DNA from: Alphaproteobacteria bacterium UBA830
Lineage (GTDB): Bacteria; Pseudomonadota; Alphaproteobacteria; MPNO01; UBA830
Assembly: GCA_905181725.1 (NCBI GenBank)
Contig: CAJIYX010000052.1
Coordinates: forward strand, 12,139 to 76,138
Direction of reading: 5' to 3'
Length of the DNA: 64,000 nt
Each line of letters starts with the position of its first letter. The first letter of the stretch is position 1. The notes beneath the pieces are model-generated. The model worked only from the letters and a program-made list of their open reading frames with translations, made no database searches and was not told where the DNA came from. Positions 20,782 to 31,615 of the stretch are shown piece by piece. Both the position numbers and the translations under genes were made by a program.

Positions 20782-21726
20782 CTATTCCGGCACCGAAGTG
20801 GTGGATGCTGCAGTGGCTGCCCGTTCGCGCGCTTTCCGTGCCTCGCGCTGGGCGATATAGACGGTTGAGGCGAAGATCAGTGCGCCGCCCATCGCGGTGT
20901 AGATCGACGGTATCTCCGAAAACAGCACATAGCCGAACAGGGCGGCGATGATGAGCCGCGAAAAATCCATCGGCAGAATGATCGATGCGTCAGCCGCCGC
21001 GTATCCGCGCGACATTGCGCGTTGTCCGAGCGTGCCGACCAGCCCTGTGAATGACAGCCAGCCGATCTGCTCCCAGGTCGGCGTCTCCCACACGAACAGC
21101 GCCAGGACCAGCATCATCGGGGTTGTGAACAGCACCATGTACATGGTGATGGTGTCGGGAGATTCCGTGCGTGACAGATAGCGGATAAGGATCGCCGCCG
21201 CGGCGCCCGCGATGGAGGCGACAAATACGGCTGCAAGACCGAGACTGAGCGCCTCGAAGCCGGGCCGGACCATCACGAGGACGCCGAGAAAGCCGATCCC
21301 CAGCGCCGTCCAGCGCCGTTGGCCGACAATCTCGCCGAGAAAGACAATGGCGAAAACCGTGCCGTAGAGCGGGCGCGTGAACATGATTGCCACGGCATCG
21401 GCTAGCGGGATCTCGCCGAGCGCATAGAAAAAACCGAGCGATCCGATGGTCGTGGCGAGCGCTCGGGCCAGAAACGAGGAGGTCTTGGTGGTTTTCAAAC
21501 CCTGCAGGCGTGAGCGGATCAGCCACGGGGCCATAAAGACAAAACCGAGCCCGATGCGAAAAAACGCGATGATGAAGGTGTGCACATCCGCCGAAAGGTG
21601 CCGGATCGTGGCTGCCATGGCGGTAAGGCAGACGGCGGCGATCAGTATCCAGATCGTGCCCTGGACCGGGCCTGAAAGCCCGGCGAACCAGGTGGCGACG
21701 GCACCGGTGGTCGTGCCCGTGCTCAC
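20782..21726 (-). CDS. EamA/DMT family transporter
   Basis: 314 aa. Confidence 0.8.
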   Translation of the reverse strand: MSTGTTTGAVATWFAGLSGPVQGTIWILIAAVCLTAMAATIRHLSADVHTFIIAFFRIGLGFVFMAPWLIRSRLQGLKTTKTSSFLARALATTIGSLGFFYALGEIPLADAVAIMFTRPLYGTVFAIVFLGEIVGQRRWTALGIGFLGVLVMVRPGFEALSLGLAAVFVASIAGAAAAILIRYLSRTESPDTITMYMVLFTTPMMLVLALFVWETPTWEQIGWLSFTGLVGTLGQRAMSRGYAAADASIILPMDFSRLIIAALFGYVLFSEIPSIYTAMGGALIFASTVYIAQREARKARERAATAASTTSVPE

Positions 21727-22622
21727 GACGCTTTTTTCCGGTCACGGCGCGATTCGGTGCGTCCGGCGAAGATCGACGAACAGAAGATCACCACGCCGCC
21801 GGCAATGGTCCAGATATCCGGCAGTTCCGAGAAAACGACAAAGCCGATGGCAATGGCGAAGGGCAGGCGGGTGAAATCGAACGGCGCGATGGACCCGACA
21901 TCGCCGGTCGCAAAGGCGCGGGAATACAGGCGTTGAGCTGTGGTCGACCCGGCGCCGAGCATGAAACCCCAGAACCATTGTTCTGCGGTCGGCCATTCCC
22001 AGACGAACAGCACGGCGATGAAGGCAAAGGGCAGCATGTAGATTGACTGATAGATCGCCGCTTTGTCCGGCGTATCAGTGCGCAGCATGACCTTCAGGAT
22101 CATGGCGGAAAAAGCGATGCACACGCCGCCGCCCACCACCATGAAGACGCCGATATTCACTTCCTGAAAACCGGGGCGAACGACGATCAGTGTCCCGGCG
22201 AACCCGATGGCCAGCGCGATCCATCTGGTGGCATGCGCCGGCTCTTTGAGCAGCAACACGCCGGCAAGCGCAATAAACAGCGGAAAAGTGAACGAGATCG
22301 CAGTCGCATCCCCGATCGGGATGAGTGCCAGGCTGCCGAACCAGCCATACATGGCGATCGTACTCAGAAACCCGCGGGTGACATAAAATTTCGTGTGCGA
22401 TGTCCGCAATACGCCGACGCCCGACCGCATCAGCCAGGGCAGCATGATGACGATGCCGAATACGGCGCGGAAAAACGAGATCTCGATAAAGTGTAGATCT
22501 CTGGACAGGTAGCGCACGATCCCGGCCTGGCCGGCGAAAAACACGGCGCTGAGCGTCATCCAGATGGCGCCTTGCGCAGAAGGCGACAGCCGGGCGAAAG
22601 TAGTTTTTACGGATTGGATCAT
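21723..22622 (-). CDS. EamA/DMT family transporter
   Basis: 299 aa, 4-nt overlap with the upstream paralog. Confidence 0.8.
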   Translation of the reverse strand: MIQSVKTTFARLSPSAQGAIWMTLSAVFFAGQAGIVRYLSRDLHFIEISFFRAVFGIVIMLPWLMRSGVGVLRTSHTKFYVTRGFLSTIAMYGWFGSLALIPIGDATAISFTFPLFIALAGVLLLKEPAHATRWIALAIGFAGTLIVVRPGFQEVNIGVFMVVGGGVCIAFSAMILKVMLRTDTPDKAAIYQSIYMLPFAFIAVLFVWEWPTAEQWFWGFMLGAGSTTAQRLYSRAFATGDVGSIAPFDFTRLPFAIAIGFVVFSELPDIWTIAGGVVIFCSSIFAGRTESRRDRKKAS

Positions 22623-22661
22623 TGGCGGGCCATTAAACGACCTACCGCGGGGGAGGGATAG

Positions 22662-23492
22662 ATGTCGAGGCGTTTTGAAGACAAGGTCGTCTGGGTGACC
22701 GGTGCTTCTTCGGGTATTGGCGAGGCGGTCGTGCGCCAGCTCGATGCCGAGGGCGCGACGCTCGTTTTGTCGTCGCGTGCACCGGATGAATTACAGGCGG
22801 TTGCGGATACGCTTTCCGGTGATGGCGAGAGAATGGCACTGCCGTTCGACGTCACCGAAGAGGCCGGGGTTTCGGCGGCAGCACAAACCGTCCTAGACCA
22901 CTTCGGACGGGTCGATATTCTGTTCAACAACGCAGGAATTACCCAGCGCGCCCGCGTGGCCGATGCAGACCTGTCGGTCTATCGGACGATGATGGACGTC
23001 AACTTTTTCGGACCACTGATGCTGACAAAGGCCGTACTGCCCTCGATGCTGGCGCGCGGCGAGGGGCAGATCGTGTGCACGACCAGCGTTGCCGGCAAGT
23101 ACGGCTCCCCGATGCGGTCGGGCTACAATGCGGCGAAACACGCAGCCCACGGTTTCTTCGATTCCCTTCGCGAAGAGGTTGCCGAGGCCGGTATCGACGT
23201 GACGCTGATTGTACCGGGGGCTGTGCGCACCAATGTGTCGATCAATGCGCTGCGCGGCGATGGCTCGCTGTACAACAGGATGGATCCGTTTCTGGAAAGC
23301 GGTATATCGCCCGAAGACTGCGCCCGGCGGGTGCTGAATGCGATCCATGGACGAAAACGCGAAGTTCTGATTGCAGACGGCGTCGCCCGGCGGAATGTCT
23401 TGTTGAAACGATGGTCGCCCGCGCTTTTGTCCTGGGTGACGCGGCGGCGCAAGCCGGGCAGAACGACCGTTCCGGCAGGCGGATCAACCTGA
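22662..23492 (+). CDS. SDR family oxidoreductase
   Basis: VWVTGASSGIGEAV Rossmann motif, catalytic YxxxK (YNAAK). Confidence 0.85.
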   Translation: MSRRFEDKVVWVTGASSGIGEAVVRQLDAEGATLVLSSRAPDELQAVADTLSGDGERMALPFDVTEEAGVSAAAQTVLDHFGRVDILFNNAGITQRARVADADLSVYRTMMDVNFFGPLMLTKAVLPSMLARGEGQIVCTTSVAGKYGSPMRSGYNAAKHAAHGFFDSLREEVAEAGIDVTLIVPGAVRTNVSINALRGDGSLYNRMDPFLESGISPEDCARRVLNAIHGRKREVLIADGVARRNVLLKRWSPALLSWVTRRRKPGRTTVPAGGST

Positions 23493-23552
23493 TAGTCTTC
23501 GACAACTCTCGCCGGTACGCGGGCGATACTTATATTTCTCAGGAGCATTAAA

Positions 23553-23894
23553 ATGGTCAGCGATCACAAGGAATTCGCCAAGGAAGTTGACGCCCGGGCA
23601 GCAAAGCTCTTCAAGGCGGCACCCGATACGATGCGGGCATTCCGGGGGTTGATGGAAACCGCCGGCAAGGAAGGGGCGCTGGATGCCAAGACCAAGGAAC
23701 TGATGGCGCTGGCTGTTGGAATTGCCGTCCATTGTGAGGGCTGCATCAATTTTCACACACGTGCGGCTATCAAAAAGGGTGCGACGCGTGAAGAAGTGGC
23801 CGAAACGGCGGCAGTCGCGATCGAGATGGGGGGCGGCCCCGCCGCCGTTTACGGTGCCCAGGCGCTCGAGGCGTTCGATCAGCTTTCGGGCTAA
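23553..23894 (+). CDS. carboxymuconolactone decarboxylase (AhpD-like) family protein
   Basis: 113 aa, AhpD-like CxxC-type motif HCEGCINFH. Confidence 0.8.
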   Translation: MVSDHKEFAKEVDARAAKLFKAAPDTMRAFRGLMETAGKEGALDAKTKELMALAVGIAVHCEGCINFHTRAAIKKGATREEVAETAAVAIEMGGGPAAVYGAQALEAFDQLSG

Positions 23895-24027
23895 ACAATA
23901 AAATTCTACGAGGTCTAAAATTTACTTTGACCCGTATCCAGAACGATAGCATTTTCTCGACGGATTGATTTCGCAGGGAACGCGATGAACGCGCGGCTTT
24001 AAGCCTATCTTGGAGGCCTTTTTAAGA

Positions 24028-25695
24028 ATGTCTGGTGCTTTCTCTACTGGCCTGTTCAGGGCTGGTCTGTTGTATTTTGGAATAGCTCTGACGGCAGGAT
24101 TTGCCGTTTCCACTGCCTATGCACAGGGAACGGAGCTGTCTGGTCGTGCCAAGGCGGCCGACAAGAACAAGAACGGTGTTATTGACCGCAATGAGGCGGG
24201 AGGTCCGCTGAAGTCGAATTTCGCCGAGATGGACTGCAATAAATCCGGCACGCTCGACGGCGCCGAGATCAGCGGTTTCTTTACCGGCGTGGAATGCCCC
24301 AAACCCGCCGCTGCCGCACCGGTCGCTGCGCCGGTTATGGCTAAAAAACCCGTGCCGCCGCTATCGGATCGCGGCAAGGCCGCCGATAAGAACAAAAATG
24401 GTGTGATCGACCGCAACGAGGCGGGAGGTCCGCTGCAGTCGAATTTTAATGATATGGATTGCGACAAATCGGGCACGCTGGACGGCGGCGAGATCAAAGG
24501 TTTCTTCACCGGTGAAGAATGCCCGAAACCGGTCGCTGCGAAATCCGCCCGCGGTACGGCGCCAAAAGCGCAGGCCAAACCAACGGCGACAGATGGTAAA
24601 AAAGCCAGCGGCAAGAAAGCTGGCGGTCGGCGGCCGCGTGCCGTTCGTGTTGATGCCGTCATCGTTGAGCCCAAATCCCAGACCTACCCGGTGATTGGTC
24701 GGCTGGTTGCCCAGCGCACCGGCAACGTGGCGGCCAGGATTAACGGTGCCGTCGTCGAAATGAACGCAAACGTCGGCGATCGCGTCAAAAAAGGCGATGT
24801 TCTTGCGGTGCTGGCGATTAAGCGCCTGACCGCCCAGCGCGACAAATATGCGGCGGCGTTGTCGACCCGGCGCGCCATGGTTCAGACGGCGCAGGCGGAA
24901 GCGTCGAAGACCACGCAGGAACTTCGGCGGATGTCGAACCTGAAGAAATCGTCGGCCTTTTCGGGTGCCCGATATGAAGATCTTCAGCGTGACGTTGATG
25001 CGCGTCGTGCGACAGTGAATGAACGTCGCTCGCAGATGAAAGAAGCACAGGCGGAACTCGACCAGGTCGCGATCGATTTGTATAACGGCAGCATCCGCGC
25101 ACCCTATGATGGCGTTGTCAGCGAAAAGAACACGGAAATCGGCTCTTATGTAAATGTCGGGAACCCCGTGGTCACGCTGATCAGCGACACCGAGATCGAA
25201 GTCGAAGCGGAAGTGCCGTCCGACCGCATTGCTGGCCTGACAACCGGCAGGGTCGTGCGCTTTGAGCTGGATGACGGCACCGAGCACCGGGCAACGGTTC
25301 GCTCTGTTATTCCGAGCGAAAATGCCCGCACCCGCACGCGTCCGGTCCGGTTTACGCCGAAATTCGGTGAAAAATCATCGCGCTTCGCGATCAATCAAAG
25401 TGTGACGGTTCTGGTGCCTATCGGCAAAATCCAAGACGTCGTGACGGTGCACAAGGACGCCATCGTCCATCGTGGCCCGAACCGCGTCGTCAGTATTATC
25501 CGCAACGGCAAGGCTTTCCCACGCCAGGTGACGCTCGGTGTCGCGGTCGGTAATCGCTACATCGTCCAAAAGGGGCTCAAAGCAGGCGACGTGGTCGTGA
25601 CCCACGGCAACGAAACCCTGCCGCCGGGTGCGGCGATACGCATTCTGACCGGTGGTTCGCCGCGCGCCAATGGCGAGCAGACACAGACCAACTAA
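24028..25695 (+). CDS. efflux RND periplasmic adaptor (HlyD/MFP family) with N-terminal signal peptide and duplicated EF-hand pair module
   Basis: GGAGG RBS before ATG 24028, signal peptide MSGAFSTGLFRAGLLYFGIALTAGFAVSTAYA. Two ~55-aa repeats each carry canonical EF loops DKNKNGVIDRNE and DCNKSGTLDGAE. A K/A/P-rich linker leads into MFP beta-barrel/lipoyl/alpha-hairpin regions (…VIGRLVAQRTGNVAARINGAV…). Confidence 0.8.
   Translation: MSGAFSTGLFRAGLLYFGIALTAGFAVSTAYAQGTELSGRAKAADKNKNGVIDRNEAGGPLKSNFAEMDCNKSGTLDGAEISGFFTGVECPKPAAAAPVAAPVMAKKPVPPLSDRGKAADKNKNGVIDRNEAGGPLQSNFNDMDCDKSGTLDGGEIKGFFTGEECPKPVAAKSARGTAPKAQAKPTATDGKKASGKKAGGRRPRAVRVDAVIVEPKSQTYPVIGRLVAQRTGNVAARINGAVVEMNANVGDRVKKGDVLAVLAIKRLTAQRDKYAAALSTRRAMVQTAQAEASKTTQELRRMSNLKKSSAFSGARYEDLQRDVDARRATVNERRSQMKEAQAELDQVAIDLYNGSIRAPYDGVVSEKNTEIGSYVNVGNPVVTLISDTEIEVEAEVPSDRIAGLTTGRVVRFELDDGTEHRATVRSVIPSENARTRTRPVRFTPKFGEKSSRFAINQSVTVLVPIGKIQDVVTVHKDAIVHRGPNRVVSIIRNGKAFPRQVTLGVAVGNRYIVQKGLKAGDVVVTHGNETLPPGAAIRILTGGSPRANGEQTQTN
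24141..24530. repeat. ~165-bp imperfect tandem duplication encoding the two EF-hand-pair units
   Basis: 24141-24304 and 24367-24530 are ~80-85% identical at the DNA level. Confidence 0.8.
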
Positions 25696-25749
25696 ACGTC
25701 GACCAATCAGGTGGCGCGCGCGCCACTCGTCAAAGGAACGGAGCAGGCC

Positions 25750-28700
25750 GATGAACTTAATCCGGCTTTCAATCGAACGGCCCATTGCGATTGTCGCCAT
25801 GGTCATGATGATCATTTTGTTCGGCTATGTCGCCCTGCAACGTATCCCGATTCAGATGGCGCCCGACGTGCGCCAGCCGATTATTATCGTCAAAACGACC
25901 TGGCCGGGTGCTGCCCCGCAGGAGGTTGAGCGTGAAGTTATCAACCCGCAGGAAGACGAACTGAAAGGTCTCGAAGGCGTCAAGAAAATGACGTCGAAAG
26001 CTCAGCGCAACCGCGGCGAGGTGACGCTCGAATTCGGTCCGGAAATCAACTTCGACCGCGCACTGCTTCTTGTTGCCAACCGGCTCGACCGGGTGTCGGG
26101 ATATCCGGAGGAAGCGGACGAGCCTGTATTGTCCACGTCAGGCACCGAAGACAATGCCATTGCCTGGTTCATCATTACGCGCCAGGAAGGCAATACCCGT
26201 GACATGATCACTAATGGTGATTTCCTTGCGGATGTCGTCCAGGAGCGGATAGAGCGGGTCGAAGGCGTCGCCGGCGTCAATATCTTCGGCGAAACCGAAC
26301 GCGAGATGTCGATTACGATCACGCCGGAAAAACTGGCGCGCTACGGGATGACCGTCAGCGAGGTATTACGGCGCCTTCGGGCAGCAAATGCGTCAATCAC
26401 GGGCGGTGATGTCGAAGAGGGCAAGCGGCGCTATGTCGTCCGCACCGAAGGTGATCTGAACACAACGCAGCTTGTTGAAGACGTGGTTCTGCGGAGCGAC
26501 GGCGACGGCGGTGATCGTGGCGTCGGGCGCGTTGTTGTGCGTGATATCGCCGATGTGTCCATCGGTTACAAGAAAGCGCAGGCGCGCCTGCGGATACTTA
26601 ACCAGCCTGCACTTGCCTTCAATATTACGCGGGAACAGGGCGCCAACGTTATCAAGACGATGGCGGATGTGCGGGAGATTATAAAAGGCCTCGCCGACGG
26701 ACCCGTGAAGCGCCAGGGGCTGTTGATCGAACAGGTTTACGACGAGACAGATTACATCAATTCGTCGATCGACCTGGTGCGCACCAATATCATTTACGGC
26801 GGCATTCTCGCGATTATCGTCCTCATGATTTTCCTGCGATCCTGGCGGCCGACGGCCGTTGTGGCGATGGCGATTCCGGTCTCGGTGGTGGGCTCATTCG
26901 TTGCGATGGCGGTCCTTGGCCGCTCGCTCAACGTGATCAGCCTTGCAGGGATCGCGTTCGCCGTCGGCATGGTGGTCGATGCTGCCATTGTTGTGCTCGA
27001 AAACATCTTCCGCCTGCGCCAAGAAGGCCGCTCCCGCACGGAAGCGGCATATTACGGCGCGCAGCAGGTCTGGCCCGCCGTCCTCGTTTCCGCGCTGACG
27101 ACGGTAATGGTGTTTATCCCGATTCTGATCATGGATCTTGAAGTCGGGCAGTTGTTCCGCGATATCGCGGTCGCGATCTCGGTATCGGTCATGCTGTCTT
27201 TGCTGGTTGCCGTCACACTGATCCCCGCGCTGGCAAACGGGCTTCTGGGGGGTGTGAAAACGGAAATGGGCGGCATGCGCATTCCGCTGGTGGACGATTT
27301 CGCCCGCGGCTTTACGAATTTCTGGTCCCGCTATGCGCGGTTTGTCGTGCAGTACAAGACGATGGCTGTTGCGGTTGTCACGCTGATTGTTGTGGTCGCC
27401 GGAACGATTTCCATCCTGATTATGCCGAAGCTGGACTACCTACCAAAAGGCAACCGCAACCTGGTCTTCGGTATTGTCCTGCCGCCCGCGGGCTACAATC
27501 TCGATACCAATGAAGGCATCGCGCGGAGCGTCGCGGATAAAACGAAAAAATATTGGTCGCGCGGCGCCTATGCCGAGATCAACAAGCCTGAAGACCAGAA
27601 GATCGACCGTTTTTTCTATGTAGCCCGGCTGGGCAGTATGTTCATGGCGGCGACCCATGTCGACCCGCAGAAGGCGGGTGAACTGGAAGCGCTTATCGAA
27701 GGACCGGCCCGGGCGGAACCAGGTGTGTTTGCATTTATGTTCCAGCCGTCCCTGTTCGGACGATCCATCGGGTCGGGACGGGCCATAGATATTGAAATAT
27801 CGGGTCCCGATCTTGAGACGATTTATGGCGTCGGCCGAGAGGTCTTCTTTGCGGCGCGCGCAGTCCTGCCGCCAAGCGAAGGCAACAGGGTGCGGCCCAA
27901 GCCTGCCCTCACGCTTGGAGAGCCCGAAGTTCGTATTACTCCGGATCGCGTTCGTCTTTCCGACAATGGACTATCCGCACGTGAGCTTGGCGAATCCATT
28001 GACGCGTTCAATGATGGTATCCGCGTCGCCGAGGTTACGGTCGACGGAAAACGGATTGATCTGACCCTCAAGGGACCTGATCCGGAGCAGGAATCGACCC
28101 AGGCTATCCGCTCCCTTCCGGTTGTAACATCGGATGGCCGGATCGTGCCGGTCGGCAATCTTGCTGACATCCGGGAAACCACTGGCCCGACAGAGATTCA
28201 GCGCATCGACCGGTCGCGCACTATGACGGTCAGTGTCAGTCCGAATGACGCGCTGCCGCTCGAAGCTGCCGCCGAACTTCTTGAAGAAAAAGTTCTCGGA
28301 CCGATCCGGGCACGGGGTCTGCCTGAAGGGGTCCGGTTCCGGCTAGGCGGTAGTGCTGACAAGCTGAAGGAAACCTGGGATCACATGCAGCTCGATCTGT
28401 TGCTGGCACTTGTGATCGTCTTCCTGGTGATGGCGGTGCTGTTCGAAAGTTTCCTCTATCCTTGGATTGTGATGCTGACAGTGCCGGTGGCGGCGGCGGG
28501 CGGTCTCGGCGGTCTGGCATTACTTAATACATTTGTGCCCCAGTCTCTCGATATGTTGACCATGCTCGGCTTTGTCATATTGATCGGGATAGTGGTCAAT
28601 AACGCGATCCTGCTGGTGCATCAGACCCTGTTCCATATCCGCGAAGACGGACTGGACGTGAATAACGCCATCGAGACTGCGACCCGTAACCGAATTCGCC

Positions 28701-28933
28701 CTATCTTCATGTCGACGCTGACATCGGTCTTCGGGATGCTGCCGCTGGTCGCTTTCCCCGGGGCGGGTTCGGAGCTGTATCGCGGGCTGGGCGCTGTCGT
28801 ATTGGGCGGGTTGTCGCTGTCGGCGGTCCTGACGATGGCGATCGTGCCGCCGATGATGTCGATTACCGTCGGTATCGTCGAAGGCCGCAAGGCGCGTCGT
28901 GTGGCCCGTTCGGAGCCGGTCGCGGCGGCGTAA
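25750..28933 (+). CDS. efflux RND transporter permease (AcrB/AcrD/HAE1-like)
   Basis: MNLIRLSIERPIAIVAMVMMIILFG..., ~1060 aa, 12-TM with two large periplasmic loops. The track ORF start at 25652 is an over-extension overlapping the MFP. Confidence 0.9.
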
Positions 28934-28985
28934 GCTCCCGCGGGAGCCGGTCGCGGCGGAGCAAGCTGTGGTGTAAACTGGAGGC

Positions 28986-29735
28986 ATGACGGAATACATC
29001 CAGACGCTCGCCCGGCTGATCGACGACGCCCAACGGGTTGTCGTGTTCACCGGGGCGGGCATTTCGACCGAATCGGGTATTCCCGACTTTCGTAGCCCGA
29101 CCGGGATCTGGTCGCAGACAAAGCCGATTTATTTTGATGAGTATGTCAGCTCGGCGGATGCACGGCGCGAAGCCTGGCGGCGCAAGTTCGAGATCGACAA
29201 GGATATGATCGGTGCGGAACCCAACCGCGGCCACAGGGCGGTCGCGAAGCTCGTGCGGACCGGCAAGGTCAGCGCGGTGATTACCCAGAATATCGATGGG
29301 CTGCACCAGGAATCAGGCGTTCCCGATGCGCATATGATCGAACTGCACGGTAATGCGACCTATGCCACCTGCCTGACCTGTTCGAGCCGCTTTGAGCTCG
29401 AACCGATCAAGGCGGCGTTTCAGGAAACGGGCACGCTACCTCAATGCCAGTTCTGCGCCGGTATTGTCAAAACGGCGACGATATCGTTCGGTCAGGCCAT
29501 GCCCCAGGGGCCGATGGGGCGGGCGCAGGAGGAAACGCTTGCAGGCGATCTGTTCCTTGCCATCGGCTCATCGCTAGTGGTCTACCCGGCGGCCGGTTTC
29601 CCCGCTATGGCCAAGAAAAACGGGGCAAAGCTCGTGATCCTGAACCGGGATCCGACGGACCTTGACGGGATTGCCGATCTCGTACTGAATCAGGAGATCG
29701 GTCCCACGCTGGGCGAAGCGGCGAACGTCAACTAG
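28986..29735 (+). CDS. cobB: NAD-dependent protein deacylase (Sir2/CobB family)
   Basis: GAGISTESGIPDFR, Zn ribbon CxxC...CxxC. Confidence 0.85.
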   Translation: MTEYIQTLARLIDDAQRVVVFTGAGISTESGIPDFRSPTGIWSQTKPIYFDEYVSSADARREAWRRKFEIDKDMIGAEPNRGHRAVAKLVRTGKVSAVITQNIDGLHQESGVPDAHMIELHGNATYATCLTCSSRFELEPIKAAFQETGTLPQCQFCAGIVKTATISFGQAMPQGPMGRAQEETLAGDLFLAIGSSLVVYPAAGFPAMAKKNGAKLVILNRDPTDLDGIADLVLNQEIGPTLGEAANVN

Positions 29736-29768
29736 ACCGTTAGACCGTCTGTTTTTCCGGGCTGTTTG

Positions 29769-31043
29769 TCAGGACGGTTTTGTCAGAAACATTCGGCTCA
29801 GGCCGTAGAATGAACTGAAAAGCTGGTCGAATTGTCCTTTGAACGTGTCCCAGCCGGGTGCCGGTTTTTGCGTGGATTTCAGCCCGGCGTGAATCTGCGC
29901 GAGCGACCGTTTGCCGTCGATCAGCAACAGGATGGGGGCTGCAAGAGCGGGGAGCGGCAGGGATAGCTTCACCCCCTCCATATCGACCTTCAGCGACATG
30001 CCGAGTTTGATCTGTGCCCCCAGCGCCGGGCCGTCACCGTCCCGCATGACCGGTATCGTATCGGCGGTGTCGGGAATGGCGAGGGTGTTGGTCCGGTTGT
30101 CGTCCCGTACGGCATACAGGATGTGGGTTTTCATATTGCCCGCCAAGAGCTCGGCGAAGGCACATCGCTGAACCCAGTTGAGGCCGCTTGTGCGTTTCAC
30201 TAGCTCCGCCGATGACAGATAGACGCTCGGCTCATACCGGGCGGGGTCGACGAAGTTCACCGGTCTCATGCCGCCCTGCTGGATCAGTCCGGCCAGTTCG
30301 GGCACGGAATAGGCACGGTCCCGGCGGTGCAGGAGCAGGTCGTAAATCCCGGAATCGCCCTGGTCAATGTGATCGCCGACATGCGGGTTGCGTTTCAGCC
30401 AGTTCGAATCGGGCAGCTCCCCAAGTAGCTGCCGCGCGGCGGAAATGCGTTCCGGGTCCGGGGCGTCACCGGTAATCATCTGTAGCATCGCCTGCGCATG
30501 ATAGACGCCGGTCCGCCCCAGCGGAGCATAGACCATCATGCCGAGACCGCCCATCGGTTTCAGCGCTTCTCTGAGCGCTTTGAGCCCGGCCACGGGGTCT
30601 TTCAGATGGTGAAGTACGCCGCAGCAGTCGATGTAGTCGAACGTGCCGAGGGCGCGCTCTGCAATGGTCTCGATTGCGCCGTGGACAAATGTCGTATTGG
30701 TCAGGCCGCGCGCGTCGATGCGTGCTTTGGCAATCGCGGATGATGCTTCCGAAATATCCAGATGAATGATCTCCGCGTCGATACCCGCCGCCCCATGCTG
30801 GGCCGCCAGCATGACCGTCGCGTCGCCCGTGCCGCCGCCGGCGATGAGTATCCGCCGGGGTACGTCAGTATTGCGGATGCCGCCGGTGATATGGTGCTCG
30901 ATCTCGGAAATGTGACTCGGCGACCCCGTGATCAGCCGCGCCGCTTCATCCGCGGGATCCCGGGGCGGGTAGGGGTAATTCTCGTATTGGCCGCGCAGAT
31001 CGTCATTCATAGGTTCTTTGTTCCTTCTCCTTGCGCGATTCAT
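29769..31043 (-). CDS. class I SAM-dependent methyltransferase domain protein (function unknown)
   Basis: 424 aa, motif I ILIAGGGTGDATV. True start may be the internal MNDDL at 31010. Confidence 0.6.
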   Translation of the reverse strand: MNRARRRNKEPMNDDLRGQYENYPYPPRDPADEAARLITGSPSHISEIEHHITGGIRNTDVPRRILIAGGGTGDATVMLAAQHGAAGIDAEIIHLDISEASSAIAKARIDARGLTNTTFVHGAIETIAERALGTFDYIDCCGVLHHLKDPVAGLKALREALKPMGGLGMMVYAPLGRTGVYHAQAMLQMITGDAPDPERISAARQLLGELPDSNWLKRNPHVGDHIDQGDSGIYDLLLHRRDRAYSVPELAGLIQQGGMRPVNFVDPARYEPSVYLSSAELVKRTSGLNWVQRCAFAELLAGNMKTHILYAVRDDNRTNTLAIPDTADTIPVMRDGDGPALGAQIKLGMSLKVDMEGVKLSLPLPALAAPILLLIDGKRSLAQIHAGLKSTQKPAPGWDTFKGQFDQLFSSFYGLSRMFLTKPS

Positions 31044-31066
31044 TCCCGGCTGTAGAATCCGGCCTC

Positions 31067-31615
31067 ATGCGTGGATATTTTGGTATCGGAATAGAAGGGG
31101 TCAGCAAACCGATGAATGTCGGTAACCTGGTCAGGTCCGCGCATGCCTTCGGCGCGAGTTTTGTGTTTACCGTCGCTGCCAATTACGACGTCTCCAAGAG
31201 TGGATCCGATACCTCCGATACCACCGCGCAGGTGCCGTTCTACCCATTCGATTCGATGGAGTCGATGCGTCTACCTGCCGGCTGCGCGCTGGTCGGCATT
31301 GAGCTGGACGACACGGCAATCGACCTGCCGAGTTTTCGCCACCCGCGGCGGGCGGCCTATGTTCTTGGGATGGAACGTATCGGTCTTAGTGATGCCATGA
31401 TTGCGTGTTGTGACCATATTGTGAAAATACCGACGAAGTTCTCGCTGAACCTTGCAACTACCGGCGGAATTGTGATGTACGATCGTTTGCTGTCGATGGG
31501 CCGGTTCGCGGATCGCCCGGTGATGGCGGGTGCCCAGCCTGAACCGCTGCCTGAGCATGTGTTCGGCACGCCGGTGCTCGGCCGGAAAAAGCGCAGTGTG
31601 GGAGGAAGCCGATGA
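31067..31615 (+). CDS. TrmH/SpoU family RNA methyltransferase
   Basis: MRGYFGIGIEGVSKPMNVGNLVRSAHAFG... SPOUT-like motifs. Confidence 0.7.
   Translation: MRGYFGIGIEGVSKPMNVGNLVRSAHAFGASFVFTVAANYDVSKSGSDTSDTTAQVPFYPFDSMESMRLPAGCALVGIELDDTAIDLPSFRHPRRAAYVLGMERIGLSDAMIACCDHIVKIPTKFSLNLATTGGIVMYDRLLSMGRFADRPVMAGAQPEPLPEHVFGTPVLGRKKRSVGGSR

Noticed and set aside
24010-25695. CRISPR-like or other periodic repeat
   Set aside because: Periodicity is a single coding tandem duplication (EF-hand units), not a spacer-repeat array.
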